In this document: in pieces, positions 7,687-15,712 of the stretch
Layout: each line of letters starts with the position of its first letter
Numbering within the stretch: position 1 is the first letter of the stretch
Virus record (IMG/VR): IMGVR_UViG_3300032050_000748
Location: 1-25,114 of that record
Reading direction: 5' to 3' (one strand)
Length of the DNA: 25,114 nt
Source of the DNA: a virus
Taxonomy: Duplodnaviria; Caudoviricetes
Program-made: the position numbers and the translations under genes
The notes under the pieces: generated by a model
What the model saw: the letters and a program-made list of their open reading frames with translations, nothing else
What the model was told of the DNA's origin: nothing
The model's database searches: none

Positions 7687-8643
7687 ATGTCAAGCACCTT
7701 TTCCAACCTCAAGTTCGAGATTATCGGCAACGGTGAGCAGTCGGGCACATGGGGCACCACGACCAACAGCAACATCGGCACGGCCATCGAGCAAGCCATT
7801 GTGGGTATGGCAACACTGGACTCCGGGGACTTCACGGCCAACGTGGCTACCCTGACGCTGACCAACACCACCGCCCTGCAAGATGCCCGGGCACTGTGTC
7901 TGAACATTGCAGCAGGCGCAGTATCCGCAGCGGGCACGATCAACGTCCCCGCCATCGAGAAGCCCTACATCGTCATCAACGACTCCAGCTACGCGGTCAC
8001 CGTGAAGGTCTCCGGCCAGACTGGCGTAGCGGTCCCTGCTGGCACCCGCACCATCGTGTACAACAACGGCACGGACGTGGGAACCCAGCTCAACTGGCTG
8101 AACTCCCTGACGCTTGGCACAGCCCTGCCCATCGCCTCTGGCGGTACAGGTACAACGTCCACCACCTTTGTGAACTTGGCCACCAACGTCACCGGCACAT
8201 TGCCTGTGGCCAACGGCGGCTCCGGCGGCACCACTGCAGCAACGGCCCGGACAAACTTCGGCGCTACCACGCTGGGCGGCAACCTGTTCACCATCAGCAA
8301 CCCGAGCGCGGTGACGTTCCCTCGGTTCAACGCAGACAACACCGTCTCGTCTTTGAACGCTGCGGACTTCCGCACGGCCATTGGCGCTGGCTCTGGCGGC
8401 GGCTCTGTGACTTCGGTCGCTGGTACGGGCACAGCCAACGGACTGACGCTCTCGGGAACCGTGACATCCTCGGGCAACATCACTTTGAGCGGTTCCGTCA
8501 CAAGCCTGACAACAACCAACTTCACCATCATGGAAGAAAGCGGTAAGCTCGTGATCAAGTACGGCGGCACCGTGGTGGCCTCGTTCAGCAGCGCGGGTGC
8601 CCTGATCTCCGCAGACAACATCACCGCCTACGGCACCCCATAA
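7687..8643 (+). CDS. Second tail fibre protein
   Basis: GEQSGTWGTTTN N-terminus, LPIASGGTG/LPVANGGSG and GSVTSVAG fibre motifs; ends NITAYGTP. Confidence 0.85.
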   Translation: MSSTFSNLKFEIIGNGEQSGTWGTTTNSNIGTAIEQAIVGMATLDSGDFTANVATLTLTNTTALQDARALCLNIAAGAVSAAGTINVPAIEKPYIVINDSSYAVTVKVSGQTGVAVPAGTRTIVYNNGTDVGTQLNWLNSLTLGTALPIASGGTGTTSTTFVNLATNVTGTLPVANGGSGGTTAATARTNFGATTLGGNLFTISNPSAVTFPRFNADNTVSSLNAADFRTAIGAGSGGGSVTSVAGTGTANGLTLSGTVTSSGNITLSGSVTSLTTTNFTIMEESGKLVIKYGGTVVASFSSAGALISADNITAYGTP

Positions 8644-8652
8644 GGAGCAAGC

Positions 8653-9576
8653 ATGACAATGCCAGCAAGCGGCCCCTTGAATATGGGGGGCACAACAAGC
8701 CCAGTTAGCGTTGCCGCTGAACTTGGCCTGAGCCTGACCGCGACCATTTCGATGAACCAAGCCAACGTCCGTACCCTTGCGGGCGTCGGAGGCAGCGGCA
8801 CAACGTGGAGCATGAGTTCTCTGTACGGGAAGTCGAACGCTTTGAATGTCGAGTATTTGGTTGTTGCTGGCGGCGGAGGCGGCGGCGCTTGGATTGGAGC
8901 TGGTGGAGGTGGTGCTGGCGGGTATCGTACGCAGTCAGCCGCTATTGCAAAAGGTACTGGTTTTTCTGTTACGGTTGGCGCTGGAGGCGCTGGCTCCACA
9001 AATATTGGAAGCGATGGTTCTACCTCGTCTTTCAACAGCCTTGCCTCAACAGGCGGGGGTGGAGGGGCGAATAGTTACAACAGCGGGTCTTCTGTGGGCA
9101 GGCCGGGCGGCTCTGGCGGGGGTCACAGCGGTGCGGGTATAGCAGGGCAAGGAAACAATGGCGGTCCATATACGCAACCCTGCGGGTATCCAATAGGTGG
9201 CGGGGGTGGAGGCGCTGGAGGCGCTGGATATAGCAACGGTAGAGGTGGTAATGGTTCGGCATGGCTAAACGGCACCACTTATGCGGGCGGCGGCGGCGGC
9301 CAATCAACTCTATCCTACGTTCCTCCGGGTGGTACGGGCGGCGGCGGCAACGGAGCTAGTTCTGGGTCCGTGACTTATCCAATTGCCGGGACTGCCAACA
9401 CTGGCGGCGGCGGCGGTGGTGGCTCTGTGGGTAGCGGCGGTAGCGGGGCTTCTGGCGGCTCTGGTGTTGTGATTATTCGCTACGCTGGAAGTCAAGTTGC
9501 TACTGGCGGAACAGTCACTTCAGCCGGTGGGTACACCTACCACACCTTTACCTCTTCGGGGACGTTTACAACATGA
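8653..9576 (+). CDS. Glycine-rich fibre-tip adhesin / receptor-binding protein
   Basis: VEYLVVAGGGGGG, YAGGGGG, ANTGGGGGG, GGSGVVIIRY and HTFTSSGTF signature of phage Gly-rich domains; short N-terminal attachment module. Confidence 0.8.
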   Translation: MTMPASGPLNMGGTTSPVSVAAELGLSLTATISMNQANVRTLAGVGGSGTTWSMSSLYGKSNALNVEYLVVAGGGGGGAWIGAGGGGAGGYRTQSAAIAKGTGFSVTVGAGGAGSTNIGSDGSTSSFNSLASTGGGGGANSYNSGSSVGRPGGSGGGHSGAGIAGQGNNGGPYTQPCGYPIGGGGGGAGGAGYSNGRGGNGSAWLNGTTYAGGGGGQSTLSYVPPGGTGGGGNGASSGSVTYPIAGTANTGGGGGGGSVGSGGSGASGGSGVVIIRYAGSQVATGGTVTSAGGYTYHTFTSSGTFTT

Positions 9577-10016
9577 GTCATTTTGCGCAAATTGATGAAA
9601 ACAATGTTGTCCAGCAGGTGCTGGTCATTGATCAGGCTGAGATTGACACAGGCAATTGGGGTGACCCGGCCACTTGGGTTCAAACCAGCTACAGCACTCA
9701 TGGCGGGGTGTACTACACCCCAAACAGCAACCCACCAACGCCAGACCCGGACCAGTCTAAAGCGTTTCGCAAAAACTACGCAGGGGTTGGTTACACATGG
9801 GATGGTGTAGGTTTTATTCCGCCAAAGGCGTACCCATCATGGGTCATGAACAGTTTTTCGTACCTCTGGGAAGCTCCTGTGCCAATGCCAGAGCCAAACA
9901 GTCCGCCGTTTTACGAGTGGGATGAAGCCACAGTTTCATGGGTGTTGGCACCAGACCAACCCCAGCCAATCCCAAGCACAGACAACCCCGGAAGTGCACC
10001 CGATGTTATTGGCTAA
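9573..10016 (+). CDS. Conserved phage protein accompanying Gly-rich fibres (possible assembly factor)
   Basis: MSHFAQIDENNVV..WVQTSY..FRKNYAG.GYT..FIPPK.YPSW..WEAPVPMP; ATGA overlap. Confidence 0.75.
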   Translation: MSHFAQIDENNVVQQVLVIDQAEIDTGNWGDPATWVQTSYSTHGGVYYTPNSNPPTPDPDQSKAFRKNYAGVGYTWDGVGFIPPKAYPSWVMNSFSYLWEAPVPMPEPNSPPFYEWDEATVSWVLAPDQPQPIPSTDNPGSAPDVIG

Positions 10017-10323
10017 ACCCCTTAATAGCCTTGGCTCCATCCGTGGGGCCATGTACGACTTTGAGAAGGCTGGAGACGTCCTTCCGAAGCACAACCACAC
10101 CGAAGACAATGTGCACATCACCATTGTGGCGCGTGGCAAGATCAAGGCGTACTCCCATGATTGGGAGCTGGAGGCTATGGCTGGACAGATTCTGGATTTC
10201 CGTCCCGGAGAGCCGCATGAGATTTTGGCTTTGGAAGACAACACACGCATCTTCAACATTGTCAAGAACCCTGACCTAAACGCGCCCATCGGGCCAATGG
10301 ACTACCAACAGGAGCAACCATGA
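10003..10323 (+). CDS. Cupin (RmlC-like) metalloprotein
   Basis: LPKHNH...HITIVARG and PGEPHEILALED cupin motifs; start reassigned to ATG 10003. Confidence 0.8.
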   Translation: MLLAKPLNSLGSIRGAMYDFEKAGDVLPKHNHTEDNVHITIVARGKIKAYSHDWELEAMAGQILDFRPGEPHEILALEDNTRIFNIVKNPDLNAPIGPMDYQQEQP

Positions 10324-10925
10324 AACTGATCGCCATCATCCTCTGCGCCCTGTCCCTGACGGGCTGCGCCACTGCCGAGTACCAAGCCTATGCCGAAGCT
10401 CACAAAGCGCAAGCAGCGGCCCAGACAGCCCGTTTCCAAGCACTGGCCCAGATCGCCCAGCAAGGCGACACCACGGCCAAGGTTGCCGCAGTCATGTCCC
10501 TGCAAATGGGTGGTGGTCAACAGAACGCTCAGATTAACGCCCCCAAGAACTGGGCTGACTACGCCATGCAGTGGACGGGTCTGTTGTTGCCAACTGTCGG
10601 CCAAATCTACACGGTCAACAAGCAGACTTCTCTTGGCATGCGTCAGTCCGACAACGCCACGGCTCTGGGCATCAGCACCAACCAAGCTTTTGTCGGCATG
10701 GCCTCGCAGATTCAAGCGCCCGCAGCCAACGTGACAACCATCGGCGGCAACGGTGTGATCGGTTCAGGTAGCTACTCGATTGGAGCAAACAGTGGAAGCA
10801 ACTCTGGCAACTCTGGTCGGATTGCTGGTGGCGGTATTACTGACAATACATCTGTTCCTACCGTAGTCCCCACCACAACGACTACGACAACCAGCACACT
10901 GTCCTGCACAAACGGACCCTGCTGA
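10320..10925 (+). CDS. Lipoprotein
   Basis: AGGAG SD; signal peptide MKLIAIILCALSLTG|C with lipobox; Ala at +2 suggests outer membrane sorting; G/S/T-rich tail. Confidence 0.85.
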   Translation: MKLIAIILCALSLTGCATAEYQAYAEAHKAQAAAQTARFQALAQIAQQGDTTAKVAAVMSLQMGGGQQNAQINAPKNWADYAMQWTGLLLPTVGQIYTVNKQTSLGMRQSDNATALGISTNQAFVGMASQIQAPAANVTTIGGNGVIGSGSYSIGANSGSNSGNSGRIAGGGITDNTSVPTVVPTTTTTTTSTLSCTNGPC

Positions 10926-11023
10926 TGAAAGACTGGGCCGTAGCATTCTGTGCAGCGGCCCTTCTGATCGGGCTTGTGGTTTGGTGCGCAAGTGTAATCG
11001 TGCGGTTTGTATGGAGTTTGTAA
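10925..11023 (+). CDS. 32-aa single-TM membrane peptide (not in ORF track)
   Basis: MKDWAVAFCAAALLIGLVVWCASVIVRFVWSL*; TGATG overlap upstream and its TAA directly abuts ATG 11024, exactly filling the gap. Confidence 0.7.
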   Translation: MKDWAVAFCAAALLIGLVVWCASVIVRFVWSL

Positions 11024-11470
11024 ATGCTTGCCGAAATTGCTGCCGCCAACGCAGCCTTTGCAGTAATAAAAGGTGCTCTGGCCAACGGCAAGGAGTTGCA
11101 CCAGCTCGGCTCCCGGGTCTTTGATTACTTCGACAACAAGGCCAAGATTCAAGAAGAAGCCACCAAGAAGGGTGGTGGCTCCGACCTCGCTGAGTTCATG
11201 GCGCTGGAGCAGCTCAAGCAGCAGGAAGAAGAGCTTCGTGAGCGGATGGTCTACGCAGGTCGCCCGGGTATGTGGAACGACTGGGTAAAGTTTCAAGCTG
11301 CTGCGGCACGCAAGCGCAGAGAAGCCAAAGAGGAAGCCGCCCGAGAGGCCAAGAGGCGTCAGGAAGAGCTTGAGAAGATGGCCGAGTACATCGCCATCGG
11401 CTTGGCGACTATTGTGCTGGCTGGCCTGATGGTTGGTGGTTTTGTCATCTACATGAAGCACCTGCGATGA
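11024..11470 (+). CDS. Coiled-coil protein with C-terminal TM anchor
   Basis: GGAG SD; E/K/R-rich helix followed by YIAIGLATIVLAGLMVGGFVIYM. Confidence 0.75.
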   Translation: MLAEIAAANAAFAVIKGALANGKELHQLGSRVFDYFDNKAKIQEEATKKGGGSDLAEFMALEQLKQQEEELRERMVYAGRPGMWNDWVKFQAAAARKRREAKEEAAREAKRRQEELEKMAEYIAIGLATIVLAGLMVGGFVIYMKHLR

Positions 11471-12084
11471 GCGACGAGAAGCCAAACGCCAACACAACCC
11501 TCGACAAGGTGCTCGGGTATGTGGACTCGCCGTTCAAGCTGTTTGCCATCCTTGTCATGGGCGTAGTGGCCTTCGCTGGCTACTTCCTGTGGCAAAACCA
11601 AGAGTTCATGAGGGATGCCTACAAGGAGTCCAAGAAGCTGCCAGAGATAAACACGCCTCGTGCGGATGAAGCCAGTGCCATGCTGTTCAAGCAGACGGGC
11701 GCAGCCGTTGTGGCGATCTTCAAGGTCAACCCTCTGTTCAACTCTCGGGTGGTCTACAAGGCGTACACGAAGGACGGCAGGGACAAGAGCATCGACGACA
11801 TCGACGTGGGCCTGTTCACACACAGCACCCCGAACAACAACGATGTGGTCAAGCTGATGACGGCGGAAATTCCGTGTGGCCCATACCGCTACGCGCAGTC
11901 CGAGGTGGGCCTGTGGTACATCGAGAAGGGTGTGACGTTTACATGCCGGATCAGCGTACCGCCAGATCAGAACCGCTTTGTTGGACAGATCACAGTCGGC
12001 TGGCCGCAGGAGCCAGAAAACCTTGAACAAGTAAAATTCATGCTGGAGATTGCCAGCGCCATGCTAACCAAAAGGGGTAACTGA
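11467..12084 (+). CDS. Putative T4 gpT-like holin (one TM plus periplasmic globular domain)
   Basis: Single N-proximal TM then LWQNQEFMRDAYKESK, GAAVVAIFKVNP and FVGQITVGW; size and motif order recall T4 holin T; lies in the lysis cassette. Confidence 0.55.
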   Translation: MSDEKPNANTTLDKVLGYVDSPFKLFAILVMGVVAFAGYFLWQNQEFMRDAYKESKKLPEINTPRADEASAMLFKQTGAAVVAIFKVNPLFNSRVVYKAYTKDGRDKSIDDIDVGLFTHSTPNNNDVVKLMTAEIPCGPYRYAQSEVGLWYIEKGVTFTCRISVPPDQNRFVGQITVGWPQEPENLEQVKFMLEIASAMLTKRGN

Positions 12085-12587
12085 TGCTTTCACTTTTCTC
12101 AACTCTTGGGGGTCTTCTGATCTCCGGTCTCCCGAAACTGCTGGAGTACTTTCAGAACAAGGCCGACCAAGCGCACGAGCTGAAACTGGCTGCGCTCCAA
12201 AACGAGCGTGAGCTGGCTATGGCCGCACAGGGCTTTGCTGCCCAACTGAAGATTGAAGAGGTCCGCACCGATCAGGTTGCCATGGAGACCGATGCCCGGA
12301 TGACTGAGGCAGCTCTTGCGCACGACGAGAAGGTGCTTGAGAAGGCTTCCACATGGGTTGCCAACTACGTGGGCACTGTGCGCCCCACTGTGACTTACAT
12401 CTTCGTGATTGAGCTGGTGGCGATCAACGCCTTCATGGCTTGGTATCTATACCAGACCCCCGGCCTGATCACCAGCATTGACGACATCATCCGCTACTCC
12501 GACCTGATCTTCAGCTCCGACGAGATGGCGATGCTGGGCGGAATCATCGGCTTCTGGTTCGGTAGCCGCCAGTGGAGCAAGAAGTGA
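12084..12587 (+). CDS. Holin of the 3TM (GTA-type) family
   Basis: N-terminal hydrophobic segment, W...VRPTVTY TM and GGIIGFWFGSR end; directly upstream of the lysozyme. Confidence 0.7.
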   Translation: MLSLFSTLGGLLISGLPKLLEYFQNKADQAHELKLAALQNERELAMAAQGFAAQLKIEEVRTDQVAMETDARMTEAALAHDEKVLEKASTWVANYVGTVRPTVTYIFVIELVAINAFMAWYLYQTPGLITSIDDIIRYSDLIFSSDEMAMLGGIIGFWFGSRQWSKK

Positions 12588-13099
12588 AACTGAGCAAGGC
12601 AGGTGAAGACCTGATGCACAGGTACGAGGGCAAGCGCTCTCGGCCCTACCTTTGCCCGGCGCACATCTGGACGATCGGCTACGGCCACGTCCTGTACCAA
12701 GAGCAGATCAGGCTCCCCATGGTCCGGCCACCGGGCAAGACCAAAGAGGACATTCCCATGATCCGCAGTGAGTTCCCACTGAAACCGGAGGACAACCGTG
12801 TCTGGACGAAAGAAGAGATCGACGAACTATTCCGAATTGATGTCGGAACTTTTGAACGGGGTGTTCTTCGTCTTGTGCCCAGCGTGGTTGGGCGTCAAGG
12901 CAGCTTCGACGCTCTGGTCTCTATATCCTTCAATTTCGGGCTAGGCAACTTGCAGCGCAGCACCATCCGCATGAAAGCAAACCGGGGTGACTGGGAGGGT
13001 GCAGCCGATGCGTTCCGGGCTTGGACCAAGGGTGGCGGCAAGGTTCTCCCCGGGCTGGTTAAGCGCCGAGAGGCCGAGATTGCGCTGTTCTTAAGTTAA
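12584..13099 (+). CDS. Endolysin, GH24 phage lysozyme
   Basis: EG.....YLCPA.IWTIGYGH, FDALVS.SFN.G, W.KGGGKVLPGLVKRR.AE; GTG start overlapping the holin TGA, GGAG SD. Confidence 0.93.
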   Translation: MKLSKAGEDLMHRYEGKRSRPYLCPAHIWTIGYGHVLYQEQIRLPMVRPPGKTKEDIPMIRSEFPLKPEDNRVWTKEEIDELFRIDVGTFERGVLRLVPSVVGRQGSFDALVSISFNFGLGNLQRSTIRMKANRGDWEGAADAFRAWTKGGGKVLPGLVKRREAEIALFLS

Positions 13100-13109
13100 G
13101 TGCGAAAAT
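13080..13109 (+). promoter_or_regulatory. Possible extended -10 promoter
   Basis: TTGCGC, 18 nt, TG-C-GAAAAT upstream of 13131. Confidence 0.3.
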
Positions 13110-13130
13110 GTCGCAACGCTGAGGTAAACC

Positions 13131-14990
13131 ATGCCACTACAGAAAATACTGTTCAAACCGGGGGTTAACCGGGAAAACACCCGCTACACCACCGAAGGCG
13201 GTTGGTACGACTGCGACAAAATCCGCTTCCGTCAGGGCAACCCCGAGAAGATCGGCGGCTGGACACGCTTCAGCCCCAACACGTTTTTGGGCGTCTGCCG
13301 CTCGTTGTGGAACTGGATTACCATCGGCGGCGCGAACTTGATTGGTGTGGGCACAAACCTGAAGTTTTACATCAATCTGGGCGGGCAGTATTTCGACATC
13401 ACCCCCATCCGGGCAACACCCACCATCAATGCCAACCCGTTTGTGGCCACGCTGGGCTCCAGCGTCATCACCGTCACGGACACGGCTCACGGCTGCTTGA
13501 CCGGGGACTTTGTAACCTTCAGCGGCGCTGTCGGTCTGGGCGGCAACATCACGGCAGGCGTGCTCAATGCCGAGTATCAAGTCACTGTAATTAACGCAAA
13601 CAGCTACACCATCACGGTGTCGGCCACGGCCAATGCGACTGACGTGTCTGGTTCCCCCGGTGGCGGAGCTTCCGTGGTTGCTGCGTACCAGCTCAACACT
13701 GGCCCTGAAACGCAAATTCCACTGGTTGGATGGGGCGCAGGGGGTTGGGGTTCTGGTGTTTGGGGTACGAGCGCTTCCGACCCTATTCCTTTGCAGCTCT
13801 GGAACCAGTACAACTACGGTGAAGATTTGCTATTTGGCCCCCGTAGCGGCGGCATTTATTACTGGGACTCATCTGCTGGTACGGGAACCCGTGGGGTCAA
13901 CCTAACCGTCTCCGGCGATGCAGACACACCGCTGTTCCAGAACAAGATCATCGTGTCGGATTCTTCGCGCTTTACTCTGGTATTTGGCACCAACGATTAC
14001 GGCTCCGCCACAATCGACCCCATGCTGATCCGCTGGTCTGATCAGGAAAACTTCCTCGTCTGGACCCCCGCCATCACCAACCAAGCAGGCAGTATCCGCC
14101 TGTCGCACGGCTCGGAAATCATCACCGCCATCCAAACCCGACAGGAAATTGTCACGTTCACGGATCAGGCGCTGTACTCGTTGCAGTACCTCGGACCACC
14201 CTACGTCTGGGGCACCCAGTTGCTGGGCGACAACATCTCGATTGCGGGCCCAAACGCCGTGGCACTGGCTTCTGGGGTGGTGTACTGGATGGGCGTGGAC
14301 AAGTTCTACGCCTACGATGGCCGTGTGCAAACGCTCAACTGCGACTTGCGTCGCTACATTTTCAACGACTTCAACCAAGATCAGGCGGCGCAGGTTTTTG
14401 CGGGCACCAATGAGGGATTCAACGAGGTCTGGTGGTTCTACTGCTCGGCAGGTTCCACGGTGGTGGACAAGTACGTCATCTACAACTACCTTGAAAAAAT
14501 CTGGTACTACGGCACGATGGGCCGCACCGCGTGGCTGGATTCCGGTTTGTTGAGCTTCCCGATTGCTGCGACCTACATCAACAACATCGTAAACCACGAA
14601 GACGGGGTGGACGACAACTCCACAGCCGTGCCGACACCCATTGCGGCCAACATCTCGTCCTCGGAATTCGACATCGGGGATGGCCACAACTTCGGGTTTG
14701 TCTGGCGCGTGTTGCCAGATTTGACGTTTGATGGGTCATCGTCTTCCCCTACGCCGCAGATCACCATGACGCTGCAAGGACTGCAAAACTCGGGTTCCGG
14801 GGTCACCAGCTCCGCCGGTCAGGGCGTGATCAAGGGCAGCACGTACGTCATAACCGAAGAGTTCACCGGGCAGATTTACACCCGGGTGCGCGGGCGGCAG
14901 CTCATCTTCAAGATCGATTCTTCGCAGCTTGGCACCACATGGCAGCTTGGCGCTCCCCGGATTGACATCCGTCCTGACGGGCGCAGGTAA
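13131..14990 (+). CDS. Tail hub/nozzle protein (P22 gp10-like DNA stabilization protein)
   Basis: 619 aa beta-rich; IRWSDQE, VYWMG..KFY.YDG.VQTL.C and FNEVWWFY motifs; lies ahead of the needle and ejection genes. Confidence 0.75.
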   Translation: MPLQKILFKPGVNRENTRYTTEGGWYDCDKIRFRQGNPEKIGGWTRFSPNTFLGVCRSLWNWITIGGANLIGVGTNLKFYINLGGQYFDITPIRATPTINANPFVATLGSSVITVTDTAHGCLTGDFVTFSGAVGLGGNITAGVLNAEYQVTVINANSYTITVSATANATDVSGSPGGGASVVAAYQLNTGPETQIPLVGWGAGGWGSGVWGTSASDPIPLQLWNQYNYGEDLLFGPRSGGIYYWDSSAGTGTRGVNLTVSGDADTPLFQNKIIVSDSSRFTLVFGTNDYGSATIDPMLIRWSDQENFLVWTPAITNQAGSIRLSHGSEIITAIQTRQEIVTFTDQALYSLQYLGPPYVWGTQLLGDNISIAGPNAVALASGVVYWMGVDKFYAYDGRVQTLNCDLRRYIFNDFNQDQAAQVFAGTNEGFNEVWWFYCSAGSTVVDKYVIYNYLEKIWYYGTMGRTAWLDSGLLSFPIAATYINNIVNHEDGVDDNSTAVPTPIAANISSSEFDIGDGHNFGFVWRVLPDLTFDGSSSSPTPQITMTLQGLQNSGSGVTSSAGQGVIKGSTYVITEEFTGQIYTRVRGRQLIFKIDSSQLGTTWQLGAPRIDIRPDGRR

Positions 14991-14992
14991 TT

Positions 14993-15655
14993 ATGGCAAC
15001 AGGACCAGTATCCAGCCGGTTAAATACCCCTGAGCCTCCCAGCCTCCCGCTGGCTACGGAGCTGTACGAGCGCCGGTATCAGGATCAATTCTCCAACGTG
15101 TTGCGGTTGTTTTTCAACCGCCTGATCAATGCGCTGAACTCGCTGCTGGGCACAAACGGGGGCTTGTACCTCCAAAACCCCCACGCCATGCTGATGAGCG
15201 ATCAGGATCAGGCCAACGCCAGCATCACGGCAGCGAACCAGTTGAGCTTCAACCAGCCCGTGATCACGCAGGGCATCCGGGTGGAGAACACGGATGAAGT
15301 TTGGTTTGACAAGACCGGCCAGTACCTCGTGACGTTCCGCTTGCAGGTGAGCAACCGCAGCAACGCTGTGCAGGAGTTTGAAGTTTGGGCCGGATATGAC
15401 GGCACAAATTACCCGCTGTCCACCACCCGTGTTGATGTCCCTGCCCGCAAAGATTCGAGTACGTGGGGGCACGCTGTGGTGACTGTCTCCGGCATCTTCA
15501 CTGTTGAGGACCCTGACACCGAGTACCTCACCATTAAGTGGTGGGCCAGCAGCACAGATGTGTTCCTTGAGCACTATCCGGTGGGCACATTGCCTGCTCG
15601 CCCAGAGATTGCGTCAGTGATTATGACCGTCAACAGCATCTCCCGCTTGCCGTAA
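14993..15655 (+). CDS. Tail needle/plug-like protein with C-terminal beta-sandwich knob
   Basis: Short amphipathic helix (NVLRLFFNRLINALNSLL) then a C1q/TNF-like strand pattern (TGQYLVTFRLQV); P22 gp26 position. Confidence 0.5.
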   Translation: MATGPVSSRLNTPEPPSLPLATELYERRYQDQFSNVLRLFFNRLINALNSLLGTNGGLYLQNPHAMLMSDQDQANASITAANQLSFNQPVITQGIRVENTDEVWFDKTGQYLVTFRLQVSNRSNAVQEFEVWAGYDGTNYPLSTTRVDVPARKDSSTWGHAVVTVSGIFTVEDPDTEYLTIKWWASSTDVFLEHYPVGTLPARPEIASVIMTVNSISRLP

Positions 15656-15684
15656 TTGCCCAAAAAGACCCCTCGTGATACCAT
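15656..15684 (+). promoter_or_regulatory. Sigma70-like promoter with extended -10
   Basis: TTGCCC, 17 nt, TG-A-TACCAT in the intergenic gap. Confidence 0.5.
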
Positions 15685-15712
15685 CCAATAACCCATTTTC
15701 AGAGAGGCGCAA

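Noticed and set aside
8653-9576. Diversity-generating retroelement target
   Set aside because: No reverse transcriptase or adenine-mismatched template repeat is visible in the window
10320-11023. Lipoprotein and TM peptide fused by frameshift into a unimolecular spanin
   Set aside because: The junction is a plain TGATG coupling with no slippery site
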